Below, piece by piece: positions 39,877 through 49,103 of a stretch of 64,000 bases of DNA (position 1 is its first letter; the number at the start of each line of letters is the position of its first letter). The translations under genes and the position numbers were made by a program. The notes under the pieces are model-generated. The model had not been told where the DNA came from. It was given only the letters and a program-made list of their open reading frames with translations, and ran no database searches. The DNA comes from Alphaproteobacteria bacterium (lineage in GTDB: Bacteria > Pseudomonadota > Alphaproteobacteria > SHVV01), in NCBI GenBank assembly GCA_965261735.1, contig OZ253470.1, positions 2,656,001-2,720,000 on the forward strand, written 5' to 3'.

Positions 39877-40910
39877 GTTTCCTCCTCCTCCGGCGCGCGG
39901 CCAATGGCCTCGATCAAGGACCAGATTTGCGCGGGCCCGGCATCCATCGCTCGGGCGCCGATGCGCTCGTGCCAATACGCCTCGTTGCCGACCTCGTCGC
40001 GCAGCGCCAACAGGCGCAGCGTCGCCAGGTGCAAGGGGTGTTCGATCGCGAAGCCCATGGCGCCCATGACCTGATGCGCGATTTCGGCGACGTGCCCGGC
40101 GGCTTCGGCGGTACGAGACTTGGCGAGGCCGGCGGCCAGCACCGGATCGCCGGCGGCAAATGCATCGCACCCGAGATCGACCGCCGCCGCGGCGGCGGCG
40201 CCGTGGCCCGCGAGCTGCGCCAGCATCTGCTGGACCGCCTGGAACTTGCCGATCGGCCGCCCGAATTGGACGCGAGTAGCCGCGTGTTCGAGGGAAAGGT
40301 CGAGGGCCCGCGCCATTGCGCCAGCCATCGTCGCCGCACGCATCAGCGCGAGCAACCCGAGCAACTCGTCCTCTTTGACACCCTCGGCGGTGCGGATGGC
40401 CGCGCCGTCGCCATCGAAGATCAGGCCATCACGTGGTTCGCCGGCGAGGTTGCGGCCCTCGATCACGGTCGCGTCGGCGGCCTCGATTCGTAACAGGCGA
40501 TCGTCGACGACGGCGAACACCGCGCTCGCGTGGCGGCCGAAGGGCACCCCTTCGAGCCGCCCGCGCAGGCGCGTGGCGCCCCGCCCATGAGGGCGGAAGA
40601 CCGCCTCCTCGGCGTGGGGTGCAACGGTGGGGATTGCCGACTCCTCGCTCCAGCCGACCCGCATCGCGGCCCACCGCGCGACCATGGCCTCGGCCAGCGG
40701 GACTCGGGCGGCATGGTAGCCCGCGAGCGTGACCACGGCGGCGCCGTCGCGCAGCGCGCTCGCCTCACCGGTGATCAATACCTGCTCCAGCCCGGCTTGC
40801 TTGCAGGTTTCCCAAAGTTTGCGATCGAAAGCGTCGGCCGGCGGCGGCCTCTCGCGGCGCTCGAACACCCGTCGGGCGAGGTCGGCGATGAGATGGTCGG
40901 GCGTGCTCAT
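39873..40910 (-). CDS. acyl-CoA dehydrogenase family protein (short, likely beta-type subunit)
   Basis: R.QFGRPIGKFQAVQ, AHQV.GA.GF..EH. Confidence 0.85.
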   Translation of the reverse strand: MSTPDHLIADLARRVFERRERPPPADAFDRKLWETCKQAGLEQVLITGEASALRDGAAVVTLAGYHAARVPLAEAMVARWAAMRVGWSEESAIPTVAPHAEEAVFRPHGRGATRLRGRLEGVPFGRHASAVFAVVDDRLLRIEAADATVIEGRNLAGEPRDGLIFDGDGAAIRTAEGVKEDELLGLLALMRAATMAGAMARALDLSLEHAATRVQFGRPIGKFQAVQQMLAQLAGHGAAAAAAVDLGCDAFAAGDPVLAAGLAKSRTAEAAGHVAEIAHQVMGAMGFAIEHPLHLATLRLLALRDEVGNEAYWHERIGARAMDAGPAQIWSLIEAIGRAPEEEET

Positions 40911-40923
40911 GGCGGCCGCACGC

Positions 40924-42069
40924 TCAGCGTAAGCCGAGTTCGCGGGCGACGATGCCGCGCAGGATCTCGCGCGTGCCGCCGCGCAGCGTGAACGAGGGGC
41001 CGGCCAGCATTGCGTCCGCCAGCAGCGCCGCGTACCGGTCGCCGCCGCCGGGCTCGGCCCGCCGGTCCACCAGTCTTCGGGCGACGTCGGGAATCTCGCG
41101 CTCGAGAGCGCCGCCCAGGTCCTTGACGATCGCCGCCTCAACGTCCGGTGCGGTGCTACCACCAAGCGCTCCGGCGATCGCCAACGACATCCGCCGCAGC
41201 GTCGCGATGTGAACGATCAGCCGGCCGACCTCGGCTCGCGCCTGCGGCGAGGCATCGGCACCGAGGCGGTCGACCAGCGCGACCAGGAGGGGAAAGGTGC
41301 TGAGAAAGCGTTCCGGGCCGCTGCGCTCAAAGGCGAGTTCCTCGGTCACCAGGCGCCAGCCGTCACCCGGCGCACCGAGGACGAATTCATCGGCGACGAA
41401 AACATCGTCGAATGTGATCTCGCTGAAGTCATGGCCCCCGGTGATGTCCCCGATCGACTTCGCTTCAACGCCGCCGGCGCTCATGTCGATGATGAGCTGC
41501 GACAGTCCCTCGTGGCGCTTGTCGCCGGGCGGCGCCGTTCGTACCAGGGCGATGACGTAGTGGGCGCGATGGCCGTGCGAGGTCCAGAGCTTGGAGCCAT
41601 TGACGCGCCAGCCGCCGTCGGCTTTGGCCGCACGGGTCCGCACCGCCGCGAGATCGGAGCCCGCGTCGGGCTCGCTCATGCCGATGCCGATACAGCACCG
41701 TCCGGCCGCAATCTGCGGCAAGATCCGGCGGCGCGCCGCCTCGCTACCGTGGCGCAGGATCTGAGGGCCGCTCTGGCGGTCGGCGACCCATTGCATACCC
41801 ACGGGTGCGCCCGCCGCGAGCATTTCCTCGCACACCACGTAGCGCTCGAGCGACGATCCGCCGCGGCCGCCATACGCCCGCGGGAGAGTAATCCCGACGA
41901 AGCCACGCTCGCCGCAGCGTCGTGTGAACGCCGCGTCGAAGCGGAGCCACGCGTTCACCTGCGCGGCGAAGCGTCCTTGCGACTGCTCCTGCGACAGGAA
42001 GGCGCGCACCTCGCGCCGAAGCGCTCGCGCCGTCGGCGGCAGGTCGGGCGCGTCGAAACCAAACCTCAA
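40924..42069 (-). CDS. acyl-CoA dehydrogenase
   Basis: GMSEPDAGSDL, NGSKLWTS, L.FERSG, RGGT.EI; TTG start with GGAGAGG RBS. Confidence 0.92.
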   Translation of the reverse strand: MRFGFDAPDLPPTARALRREVRAFLSQEQSQGRFAAQVNAWLRFDAAFTRRCGERGFVGITLPRAYGGRGGSSLERYVVCEEMLAAGAPVGMQWVADRQSGPQILRHGSEAARRRILPQIAAGRCCIGIGMSEPDAGSDLAAVRTRAAKADGGWRVNGSKLWTSHGHRAHYVIALVRTAPPGDKRHEGLSQLIIDMSAGGVEAKSIGDITGGHDFSEITFDDVFVADEFVLGAPGDGWRLVTEELAFERSGPERFLSTFPLLVALVDRLGADASPQARAEVGRLIVHIATLRRMSLAIAGALGGSTAPDVEAAIVKDLGGALEREIPDVARRLVDRRAEPGGGDRYAALLADAMLAGPSFTLRGGTREILRGIVARELGLR

Positions 42070-42170
42070 GCGGCTCGTCCTCTCCGGATCCGCGGAATGC
42101 GACTCCCTTCGGCGCCACATGGTATACGCGATGGTCGCCTAAATATAATGCAGGCATCGAGGGAGCACAC

Positions 42171-42647
42171 ATGAGCGCTACGCACGAGCCGCAAAGCTGC
42201 ATTCGCTGCGCGATTACCGATCTCGTGAGCCGCTACGCGCACGTCATCGATCGCGCCGGTACGGACGCTGCGGCGGAACTCAGCTCGCTCTTCGTCGAGG
42301 ACGCGACCTTCGACATTGCGCCCCGACCGGAGGGCTCGGCCCTTCCCGCGCGTGGAGCCACGGCAATCGCCCGGCTCATGGTCGGTCGACGCGACGCGGG
42401 CGACGCGCTCGCGAAGCGACGGCACCTGATGTCGAGCGTCCTGGCCGATGACTTGACCGAGTCGCGCGCCCGCGTCAGTTCGGTACTGACGCTCATGAGG
42501 CTCGATCAGCCGGTACCGACGATCGTCAACACGGGCTTCTACGACGATATCGTCGTCCGCGGCGACGACGGGCGTTGGCGCTTCGAGAGCCGCTTTCTCA
42601 CCATGGAGTATGTCTTGGCCAAGCGTCCCCCGATGGATACGGGGTAG
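42171..42647 (+). CDS. SnoaL/NTF2-like family protein
   Basis: RYA..ID, LF.EDA, RRHLMS, TG.Y.D, GRWRF.SR. Confidence 0.82.
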   Translation: MSATHEPQSCIRCAITDLVSRYAHVIDRAGTDAAAELSSLFVEDATFDIAPRPEGSALPARGATAIARLMVGRRDAGDALAKRRHLMSSVLADDLTESRARVSSVLTLMRLDQPVPTIVNTGFYDDIVVRGDDGRWRFESRFLTMEYVLAKRPPMDTG

Positions 42648-42809
42648 GCGCGCTCACACCGTGAGGTGCGCCGTCATGCCCGGTCAAGCGCGGCGGTTTG
42701 CGCGCCTCTCATATCCGTATATCATCCGCGCGCTATTTCCGTTGCACACGTTATTCGCGACCGCCGGCGAGCGTAGAACCGGTCGGATGTTAAATCAGGA
42801 GGACCACCC

Positions 42810-43880
42810 ATGAAGATAGGTAAGCGTACCTTTAGGCTATTGGCGTCGCTCGCTCTGGGCGTGTTTTTCGTCGTCGCCCAGTCCTTGGGCGCTGACGTGC
42901 AAGCCCAGAAGCTCAGCGGCCAGATCGTGTTCGGCGGCGCCGGCGGCACGCCGGGCAAGATGTTCCGCGAGGACTTCATTCCGGCGTTCGAGAAAGAGAC
43001 CGGCGTCAAGGTCGTCTACGTGACCGGAACGCTCCAGCAGCACTTCGCACGGATTACGGCGCAGCCGGACAACCCGGAGTTCGACGCCGTGTGGTCCACA
43101 TTCTCCACACACAACCGCGGCAAAGCGGCCGGGGTATTCGCCGCGCTCGATGAAGCGAGCGTCCCCAACCTCAAGGACATCTATCCGCAGTTCCGCGACA
43201 GCGTCGGCGTCGCGTCCTCGAACAGCGCGGTCGGGATCGAGTTCAACACCGAGGCCTTCGCCAAAGCGGGTATCCCCAAGCCGCAGTCGTGGAGCGACCT
43301 CTGGGATCCTCGGCTCAAGGGACGCGTCGGTGTGTGGACCGTGGCCTCGACCTACGGCAGCACGATGATTCCGTTTATCGCTCAGCTCTACGGCTCCGGC
43401 GAGGACGACTACGCAACCGCCTTCGCGAAGCTGAAGGAACTGGCGGGCGGCGACACGCCGCTGCTTACTGCGCCGGCCGCGCTTGAGCCTTTGATCTCAC
43501 AAGGAACGATCTGGGTGACCCAGAACAGCGATGCGCGCACGTTCCAGGCCATTCGCAAGGGTCTGCCGGTCGAGTTCGTCGTCCCCAAGGAGGGGGCGAT
43601 CGGGCTCCAGAACTACTTCGACGTGCTCGCCAAGGCGAAGAACCCGGACGCGGCGCGCGGGTTCGTTAATCACCTTATCAGTGCCCAGTCGCAGACCACG
43701 TTCGCGAACAGGCTCGCCATCGGACCGACGAACTCGATGGTCAAGCTTGACGCCGACGTATCGGCCAGGGTCCTCGACAGCACGGAGGAGATGAAGACCC
43801 TTTTCATCCCCGACTACACCAAGCTGATCGCCAACCTGCCGCAGATCACCAAGGAGTTTAACGCGCAGATCGCGAGATAG
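42810..43880 (+). CDS. ABC transporter substrate-binding protein (PotD/AfuA-like)
   Basis: Signal peptide; FEKETGVKV, P.SWSDLWDP.LKG, VPKEG, A..F.N.L.S. Confidence 0.88.
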   Translation: MKIGKRTFRLLASLALGVFFVVAQSLGADVQAQKLSGQIVFGGAGGTPGKMFREDFIPAFEKETGVKVVYVTGTLQQHFARITAQPDNPEFDAVWSTFSTHNRGKAAGVFAALDEASVPNLKDIYPQFRDSVGVASSNSAVGIEFNTEAFAKAGIPKPQSWSDLWDPRLKGRVGVWTVASTYGSTMIPFIAQLYGSGEDDYATAFAKLKELAGGDTPLLTAPAALEPLISQGTIWVTQNSDARTFQAIRKGLPVEFVVPKEGAIGLQNYFDVLAKAKNPDAARGFVNHLISAQSQTTFANRLAIGPTNSMVKLDADVSARVLDSTEEMKTLFIPDYTKLIANLPQITKEFNAQIAR

Positions 43881-43885
43881 CGTTG

Positions 43886-43990
43886 GCGAGCGGGATCGGG
43901 ACCGCGGATCTTCGCGGCCCCGCTCGCGGACCGACGAGTTCGAATCTTGCCTGTCCCCGGGGTGTCGGTTAGTCCGACCGACACCCCGGG
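43886..43990 (+). terminator. intercistronic stem-loops after the binding-protein gene
   Basis: GCGAGCGGG/CCCGCTCGC (43886-43927) and a perfect 14-bp stem CCCGGGGTGTCGGT-7nt-ACCGACACCCCGGG (43956-43990). Confidence 0.6.
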
Positions 43991-44192
43991 TGGGCGGGGT
44001 TTTCGGGTCGTTGCCATTTTGGCAAGTCGACTTGGGGCGCGTTGCATTTGGCCAGGGAGTTCGACACTGAGATCGCCTACGGGCGCCGGCGAACGAGATC
44101 GGAGTCTCGGATCAACACTTTCGGATTCGGTAGCAGGTGCGCCGCCGCGCGCCGGGAGCGACTCCGCTCGCGATAGCACCGCCGGAATCGCG

Positions 44193-45287
44193 TTGACGAC
44201 ACGGGGGCTCACCAAGTCCTACGGCGGAGTCACCGTGCTCCAGGCCGCCGACCTCGACGTGCACAGCGGCTCGCTCGTCTCGATTCTCGGTCCATCGGGC
44301 TCGGGCAAGACGACCCTGCTGCAGTGCATCGCCGGATTCGTGCAGCCGGACGCCGGCACGGTGCGCGTCGGCGGCCACGACGTGACCTGGGCGCCACCGC
44401 ACAAGCGCAACCTCGGGCTCGTGTTCCAGAGCCACGCGCTCTTCGGCCACATGAGCGTGCTCGACAACGTCGCGTTCGGATTGCGGATGCGCAAACAGAG
44501 CCGGGGGGACGCGCGCAGCGGGGCTCGAGACGCGCTGCGGCTGGTTCGCCTCGAGGGCTTCGAGGATCGCTATCCGCGCCAGCTCTCGGGCGGTCAACAG
44601 CAGCGCGTCGCGCTGGCGCGCGCTCTGGTCATCTCACCCTCGGCACTCCTTCTCGACGAACCTCTCAGCAGCCTCGATCGGGCGCTCCGCGATGAGTTGC
44701 GCTCGGAGATCAGACGCTTGCAGCTCTCGCTCGCGACACCAACCCTCTTCGTCACCCACGACCAGGAGGAGGCGCTGGCGATATCCGACCGCGTGGCCGT
44801 GATGAATGAGGGGCGAATCGAGCAGGTCGGGACCCCGGCCGAGCTCTACGACGTGCCGCGCACGCCGTTCGTCGCCAAGTTCCTGGGCTCGAGCAATGTT
44901 CTCGAAGGACGGTTCGTCGCGGACGGTGATCGCCCCGTCCTGCGCTGGGGTTCCCGGAGTCTTCCGACGCCGTCGCCTCAGGGGGCGGCGCGGCCTTCGC
45001 AGCAGGCCTCCATCGTCGTCAAGCCCGATACCATCGCGTTCACCGAATCCGCGACCGACATCCCAGAGGGGGTGGCGGTCGTTGATGGCGTGCTGATCCA
45101 ATCGGTCGAGTTTCTCGGCCGGGCGAGCCTCGTCACCTGCGAGATCGACGGTGTACAGTTGCGGGCGCGGGTGGGCCGAGGCGCACCCACGCCGGCTCCC
45201 GGCAGCACCGCCTGCATCTTCTGGGATCCGAGCGACAGCCACCTGATCTTGAGCCGCAGCGAGCCCGAAGACGAGGGCCCGGGGTGA
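44193..45287 (+). CDS. ABC transporter ATP-binding protein (PotA-like)
   Basis: GPSGSGKTT, LSGGQQQR, DEPLS, VTHDQEEA, TOBE-like tail; start uncertain (frame open from 43947). Confidence 0.9.
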   Translation: MTTRGLTKSYGGVTVLQAADLDVHSGSLVSILGPSGSGKTTLLQCIAGFVQPDAGTVRVGGHDVTWAPPHKRNLGLVFQSHALFGHMSVLDNVAFGLRMRKQSRGDARSGARDALRLVRLEGFEDRYPRQLSGGQQQRVALARALVISPSALLLDEPLSSLDRALRDELRSEIRRLQLSLATPTLFVTHDQEEALAISDRVAVMNEGRIEQVGTPAELYDVPRTPFVAKFLGSSNVLEGRFVADGDRPVLRWGSRSLPTPSPQGAARPSQQASIVVKPDTIAFTESATDIPEGVAVVDGVLIQSVEFLGRASLVTCEIDGVQLRARVGRGAPTPAPGSTACIFWDPSDSHLILSRSEPEDEGPG

Positions 45288-46147
45288 GCGCGGTCGCGCC
45301 GGAGTTTCGCCTTCGCCGGTCGGTCACGGATCGCCGCTTGCTCGTCGTGCCCGGCGTGACCATCGTCGTCGTGCTGTTCCTGGTCCCTGTGGGTTTCCTG
45401 ATTCGGCAGAGCATCGTCGGGCCGCAAGGGAGTTTCACCCTCGCCCACTATGGCGAGTTCTTCGGCGAGGCGCTGTACCAGCGGGTTCTCGTCCGCACCG
45501 CGGTGCTCAACGCAATCGTCGCGTTGATCGCCGCCGCGCTCGCCTACCCGGCGACGCTCTACCTGGCGACCCGGGCGGGCGCGTCGGCCCGTATCCTGCT
45601 CGGCCTGCTCACGCTTCCCTTGCTCGTCGGCGGCACCTCGCTCGCCTATGGCTGGGTGATCATGTTCTCTCGAAGCGGCCCGTTGGATCGCATGGCGGTC
45701 TCGCTGTTCGGCGGGTCGAATTTCGTCCTGATCAACAGCGAAGCCGGCATCGTCATCGGGTTGGTCCACATTCTGCTGCCGTTCATGACGTTCTCGCTCC
45801 TCGCCTCCTACGACCGTCTCGATTGGAACGCGGTCAGGGCCGCGCGCAGCCTCGGGGCCGGTCCGATCCAGACGTTCCTGCGGGTGACGCTGCCCATGAC
45901 CCGGCCCGGTCTGATCACGGGCATCGCCATCGTCTTCTCGCTCGGCGCCAGCACCTTCATCATTCCCTACCTCATCGGCGGCGCCCGCATCCTGCTCATG
46001 AGTACGCTCAGCTACCAGCAGAACGTCTCGCTTTTGGAGTACGGGTTCGGGAGTGCCATCGCGCTCGTGCTGGTCGGCATGACGGCCGTGATGGTCAGCC
46101 TGGTGTTGCTGTTCGAGCGCCAGGGCGGTGAGCAAAGCCATGAGTGA
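45284..46147 (+). CDS. ABC transporter permease (PotB-like)
   Basis: LAYP, LPFM, AARSLGA....F.RVTLP. Confidence 0.88.
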   Translation: MSAVAPEFRLRRSVTDRRLLVVPGVTIVVVLFLVPVGFLIRQSIVGPQGSFTLAHYGEFFGEALYQRVLVRTAVLNAIVALIAAALAYPATLYLATRAGASARILLGLLTLPLLVGGTSLAYGWVIMFSRSGPLDRMAVSLFGGSNFVLINSEAGIVIGLVHILLPFMTFSLLASYDRLDWNAVRAARSLGAGPIQTFLRVTLPMTRPGLITGIAIVFSLGASTFIIPYLIGGARILLMSTLSYQQNVSLLEYGFGSAIALVLVGMTAVMVSLVLLFERQGGEQSHE

Positions 46148-47006
46148 ACGGGCTCTACCCATTGCGTCCGGGCCATCGCTCGCGGTGCGCGCGGCCGTGC
46201 GCTTGCGGCGGCTCGCCCTACCCTCCTACCTGGTCTTGCTTGCCGCCTTCCTGCTCTCGCCCGTGATCGTTGTGATGGGTACCGCACTGACCGCGAGCCT
46301 CTTTCCGCGCTTCCCGCCCGACGGCCTCAGCCTGCAGTGGCTGAGGGAGGCCGTCGAGCGCCGCGAGTTTGTCGAGTCGTTCTGGATCAGCATTCGAATT
46401 GCGGTGGTCGTGACCCTGGTCGCGATCGTCGTCGGCACCGCGACCGCAATCGGACTGCTGCGGATGCGGGCGCGGGCACGCGCGGCGTTCTCGGTGGTGT
46501 TCCTGTCGCCGCTGATGTTTCCCAACATCGTCATCGGCATCGGCCTTCTGCAGTGGTTCATCTATCTCGGCGTCGTCCGCTCCCAATCGACCATCGTCGC
46601 CGGCCACCTCGTGGTTGCGCTACCGTTCGTCGTACGGCTCGTGATCGCCTCGCTGCTCGGCCATGCGGACCTCGAGGAGCGCGCCGCCCGCAGCCTCGGC
46701 GCCTCCAGCCTGCGCGCCTTCTTCGCGGTGACGCTGCCCAACATCCGGGCGGGCCTGATCGGCGCCGGCACGTTTGCGTTTATCGTCTCCTTCGCCGACG
46801 TGAACCTTTCCGTTTTCCTGTCGTCGATCCGGGTCCAGACTCTGCCGATCACGCTCATGGCCTATGTCGAGACCGAGCCCGACCCGATCGGCGCCGCCGT
46901 GTCCGCATGGATCGTGCTCATCGGCATCACGGCGCTGTTCGTCATCGACCGGGTGGTGGGACTGAGGTCACTCTCGGGGCGCGGAGGCGAGGCGGAGGTG
47001 CGCTGA
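46140..47006 (+). CDS. ABC transporter permease (PotC-like)
   Basis: FPP.G.SL.W, LPFVVR, E.AA.SLGA, TLP. Confidence 0.88.
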   Translation: MSERALPIASGPSLAVRAAVRLRRLALPSYLVLLAAFLLSPVIVVMGTALTASLFPRFPPDGLSLQWLREAVERREFVESFWISIRIAVVVTLVAIVVGTATAIGLLRMRARARAAFSVVFLSPLMFPNIVIGIGLLQWFIYLGVVRSQSTIVAGHLVVALPFVVRLVIASLLGHADLEERAARSLGASSLRAFFAVTLPNIRAGLIGAGTFAFIVSFADVNLSVFLSSIRVQTLPITLMAYVETEPDPIGAAVSAWIVLIGITALFVIDRVVGLRSLSGRGGEAEVR

Positions 47007-47047
47007 GCAGCGCATCAGATCGAAGCGATTTCGGAAAGGGGACACCC

Positions 47048-47539
47048 GTGAACAAAGATGCACCCGTGGCGGCGGGATCAGTCAGCGCAGACGCTTTCGT
47101 CGCCATCAGCGCGCTCGTCGCCGACTACGGCCTCGCCCTGGACGCCAGCGACTTCGAGCGCTTTCGAGGCATCTGGGCCAGGGATGCGCACTTCAACGCC
47201 GAGCCCGATCTCGGAGTCGTGCAAGTCCCGTTGGTCGGGCGCGACACCATCGTCGAGGCGTTCAAAGCGATGCGCCGAAAGCCCAGGGATCGTCGCACCC
47301 GCCACTACACGATAAACCTGCGCCTCGAGCCCGGCGAGCACGGCACCGTGCATGGCCTCTCGGCGTTGCTCGCCGTCGCGATGCTCAAGAGCGACGGCTC
47401 GCAGGTGGTTCACCGCACCGGGTGGTACCGGGACGTGTTCGCGCTCGAAGACGGCGCGTGGCGGGTGCAGAGCCGGCTCCTACAGTACGACGTGGCCGAT
47501 CCGGTAGTGCCGCCCGCCGCGAGCGAGGTCCAGTCATGA
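47048..47539 (+). CDS. SnoaL/NTF2-like family protein
   Basis: DY..ALD..D, W..DA, TRHY..N, TG.Y.D, DG.WR..SR. Confidence 0.82.
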   Translation: MNKDAPVAAGSVSADAFVAISALVADYGLALDASDFERFRGIWARDAHFNAEPDLGVVQVPLVGRDTIVEAFKAMRRKPRDRRTRHYTINLRLEPGEHGTVHGLSALLAVAMLKSDGSQVVHRTGWYRDVFALEDGAWRVQSRLLQYDVADPVVPPAASEVQS

Positions 47540-48378
47540 GCACGATCGACTTTCGCCTGCGGGCCGCAACGCCTGCCTTCGTCGCGCACCTTAGGTGGCG
47601 GACCGACAAGCACGCGCAGAAGGAATCGTCGCACGTGAGCGCGGCGATCGCGCGCGCGCTGCCGGTTCCCCAACTGATCGAGGCGATGGACGCCGCAGGA
47701 ATTTCGCTCGGCGTGTTCACCGGCCGCGACTGGGTCGGCGACGACGCCGATTGGCCGCTGACGAACGAATCGATCGCGCACGCCACCGCCGAATCGGCCG
47801 GCAGGCTGATCGGTTATGGCGGCGTCGATCCGCGCCGGCCCGACGTCGCCGAGCACTGCCGCCACTCCATCGGCCTCGGCCTCAAGGGCCTATGCGTCGA
47901 CGGGTTTGTGCTCGCCACGGGCCCCCACGATCCGGCGTTCTTTCCGGTCTACGAGGCGTGCCTCGAGCTCGACGTGCCGATCGTGATCACCGTCGGGGCC
48001 CTCCCCGGCGTGCCGGCGCCGATGTCGGCCTCGCACCCCCACAACATCGACGAGGTCGCGCGGCGCTATCCCGGCCTGCGCATCCTCGCATCGCACGCGG
48101 GCTGGCCCTACACCAGCGAAATGCTCGGGGTCGCCTTCAGGCACGACAATGTTTGGATTGAGAACTCGTTCTACCACTTCGCCCCCGGGGTTTCCGGGCT
48201 GATGGTCGAGGCGGCGAACGGCTGGCTCGCGGACCGCATCATGTACGCATCGGCCTTCCCCTCGGCTCCGCTGCGCGAAACCCTCGAAGCGTTCGCGGCA
48301 CTCCCCTTCACCGACGAGGCGCGGCGCAAGGTGCTGCACGACAACGCGGCCAGCTTCCTGAGCCTCGCCGACGCTTGA
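47536..48378 (+). CDS. amidohydrolase family 2 fold protein (paralog of 19917-20795)
   Basis: IDFRLR, MDAAGI, SHAGWP, ENSFYHFAPG, YASAFP. Confidence 0.8.
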   Translation: MSTIDFRLRAATPAFVAHLRWRTDKHAQKESSHVSAAIARALPVPQLIEAMDAAGISLGVFTGRDWVGDDADWPLTNESIAHATAESAGRLIGYGGVDPRRPDVAEHCRHSIGLGLKGLCVDGFVLATGPHDPAFFPVYEACLELDVPIVITVGALPGVPAPMSASHPHNIDEVARRYPGLRILASHAGWPYTSEMLGVAFRHDNVWIENSFYHFAPGVSGLMVEAANGWLADRIMYASAFPSAPLRETLEAFAALPFTDEARRKVLHDNAASFLSLADA

Positions 48379-48471
48379 GGGCGTCGTCCACGAGGGCTTA
48401 TTGGCGGAATGCCCGGGGCCTGCGAATTGGGTTAGAGTGTCGGGCGAAGCGGGAGGCGAGGGAGAGCGCCA

Positions 48472-49074
48472 ATGGTGACAGCGGAGGTTCGTTCCGAGGG
48501 CGAGTTGCGCGAGCGCTACGGCCAGCCGAGCGCGACGATCGTCAAGTTGAAGGGGAACCGGCTCGACGGGCACGCGCGCCACTTCATCTCGCTGTCGCCG
48601 TTCCTGGTGCTGGGGACGCTGGGAGATGTTTCGCCCAAGGGCGATGCGCCCGGGTTCGTTCAGGTCGTCGACGACGCGACGCTGCTCATACCCGACCGGC
48701 CCGGCAACAACCGGCTCGACTCGCTCGGCAACATTCTCGACAACCCGAGCGTCGGTTTGCTGTTCTTCGTCCCCGGATTCAACGAGACCCTGCGCATCAA
48801 CGGCACGGCTCGCATCACGACGGAGGAGGCGCGGTTAGCGCCGCTCGCCGTTCGCGGCAAGGTGCCGAAGGCCGCCATCGAGGTCGCGATCGCGGAGGCC
48901 TATTTCCACTGCGGCAAGGCGCTCATTCGCTCCAAGCTATGGAATGCGACCGAGCAGGTCGAGCGCAAGAGCTTCCCGGCGATGGGCCAGATCGTCGCCG
49001 ACCAGATCGCCGGACTCGATGCGGCCGAAGTCGAGGAGGGCTACCAGCAGGCGCTGCGCGAGCGCCTCTACTAG
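48472..49074 (+). CDS. pyridoxamine 5'-phosphate oxidase-like FMN-binding protein
   Basis: DVSPKGD.PGFV, PDRPGNNRLD, ETLRING, YFHC.KA..RS.LW. Confidence 0.88.
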   Translation: MVTAEVRSEGELRERYGQPSATIVKLKGNRLDGHARHFISLSPFLVLGTLGDVSPKGDAPGFVQVVDDATLLIPDRPGNNRLDSLGNILDNPSVGLLFFVPGFNETLRINGTARITTEEARLAPLAVRGKVPKAAIEVAIAEAYFHCGKALIRSKLWNATEQVERKSFPAMGQIVADQIAGLDAAEVEEGYQQALRERLY

Positions 49075-49103
49075 CCTGAGCCCGACAAGACCAACGCCGC
49101 GGC

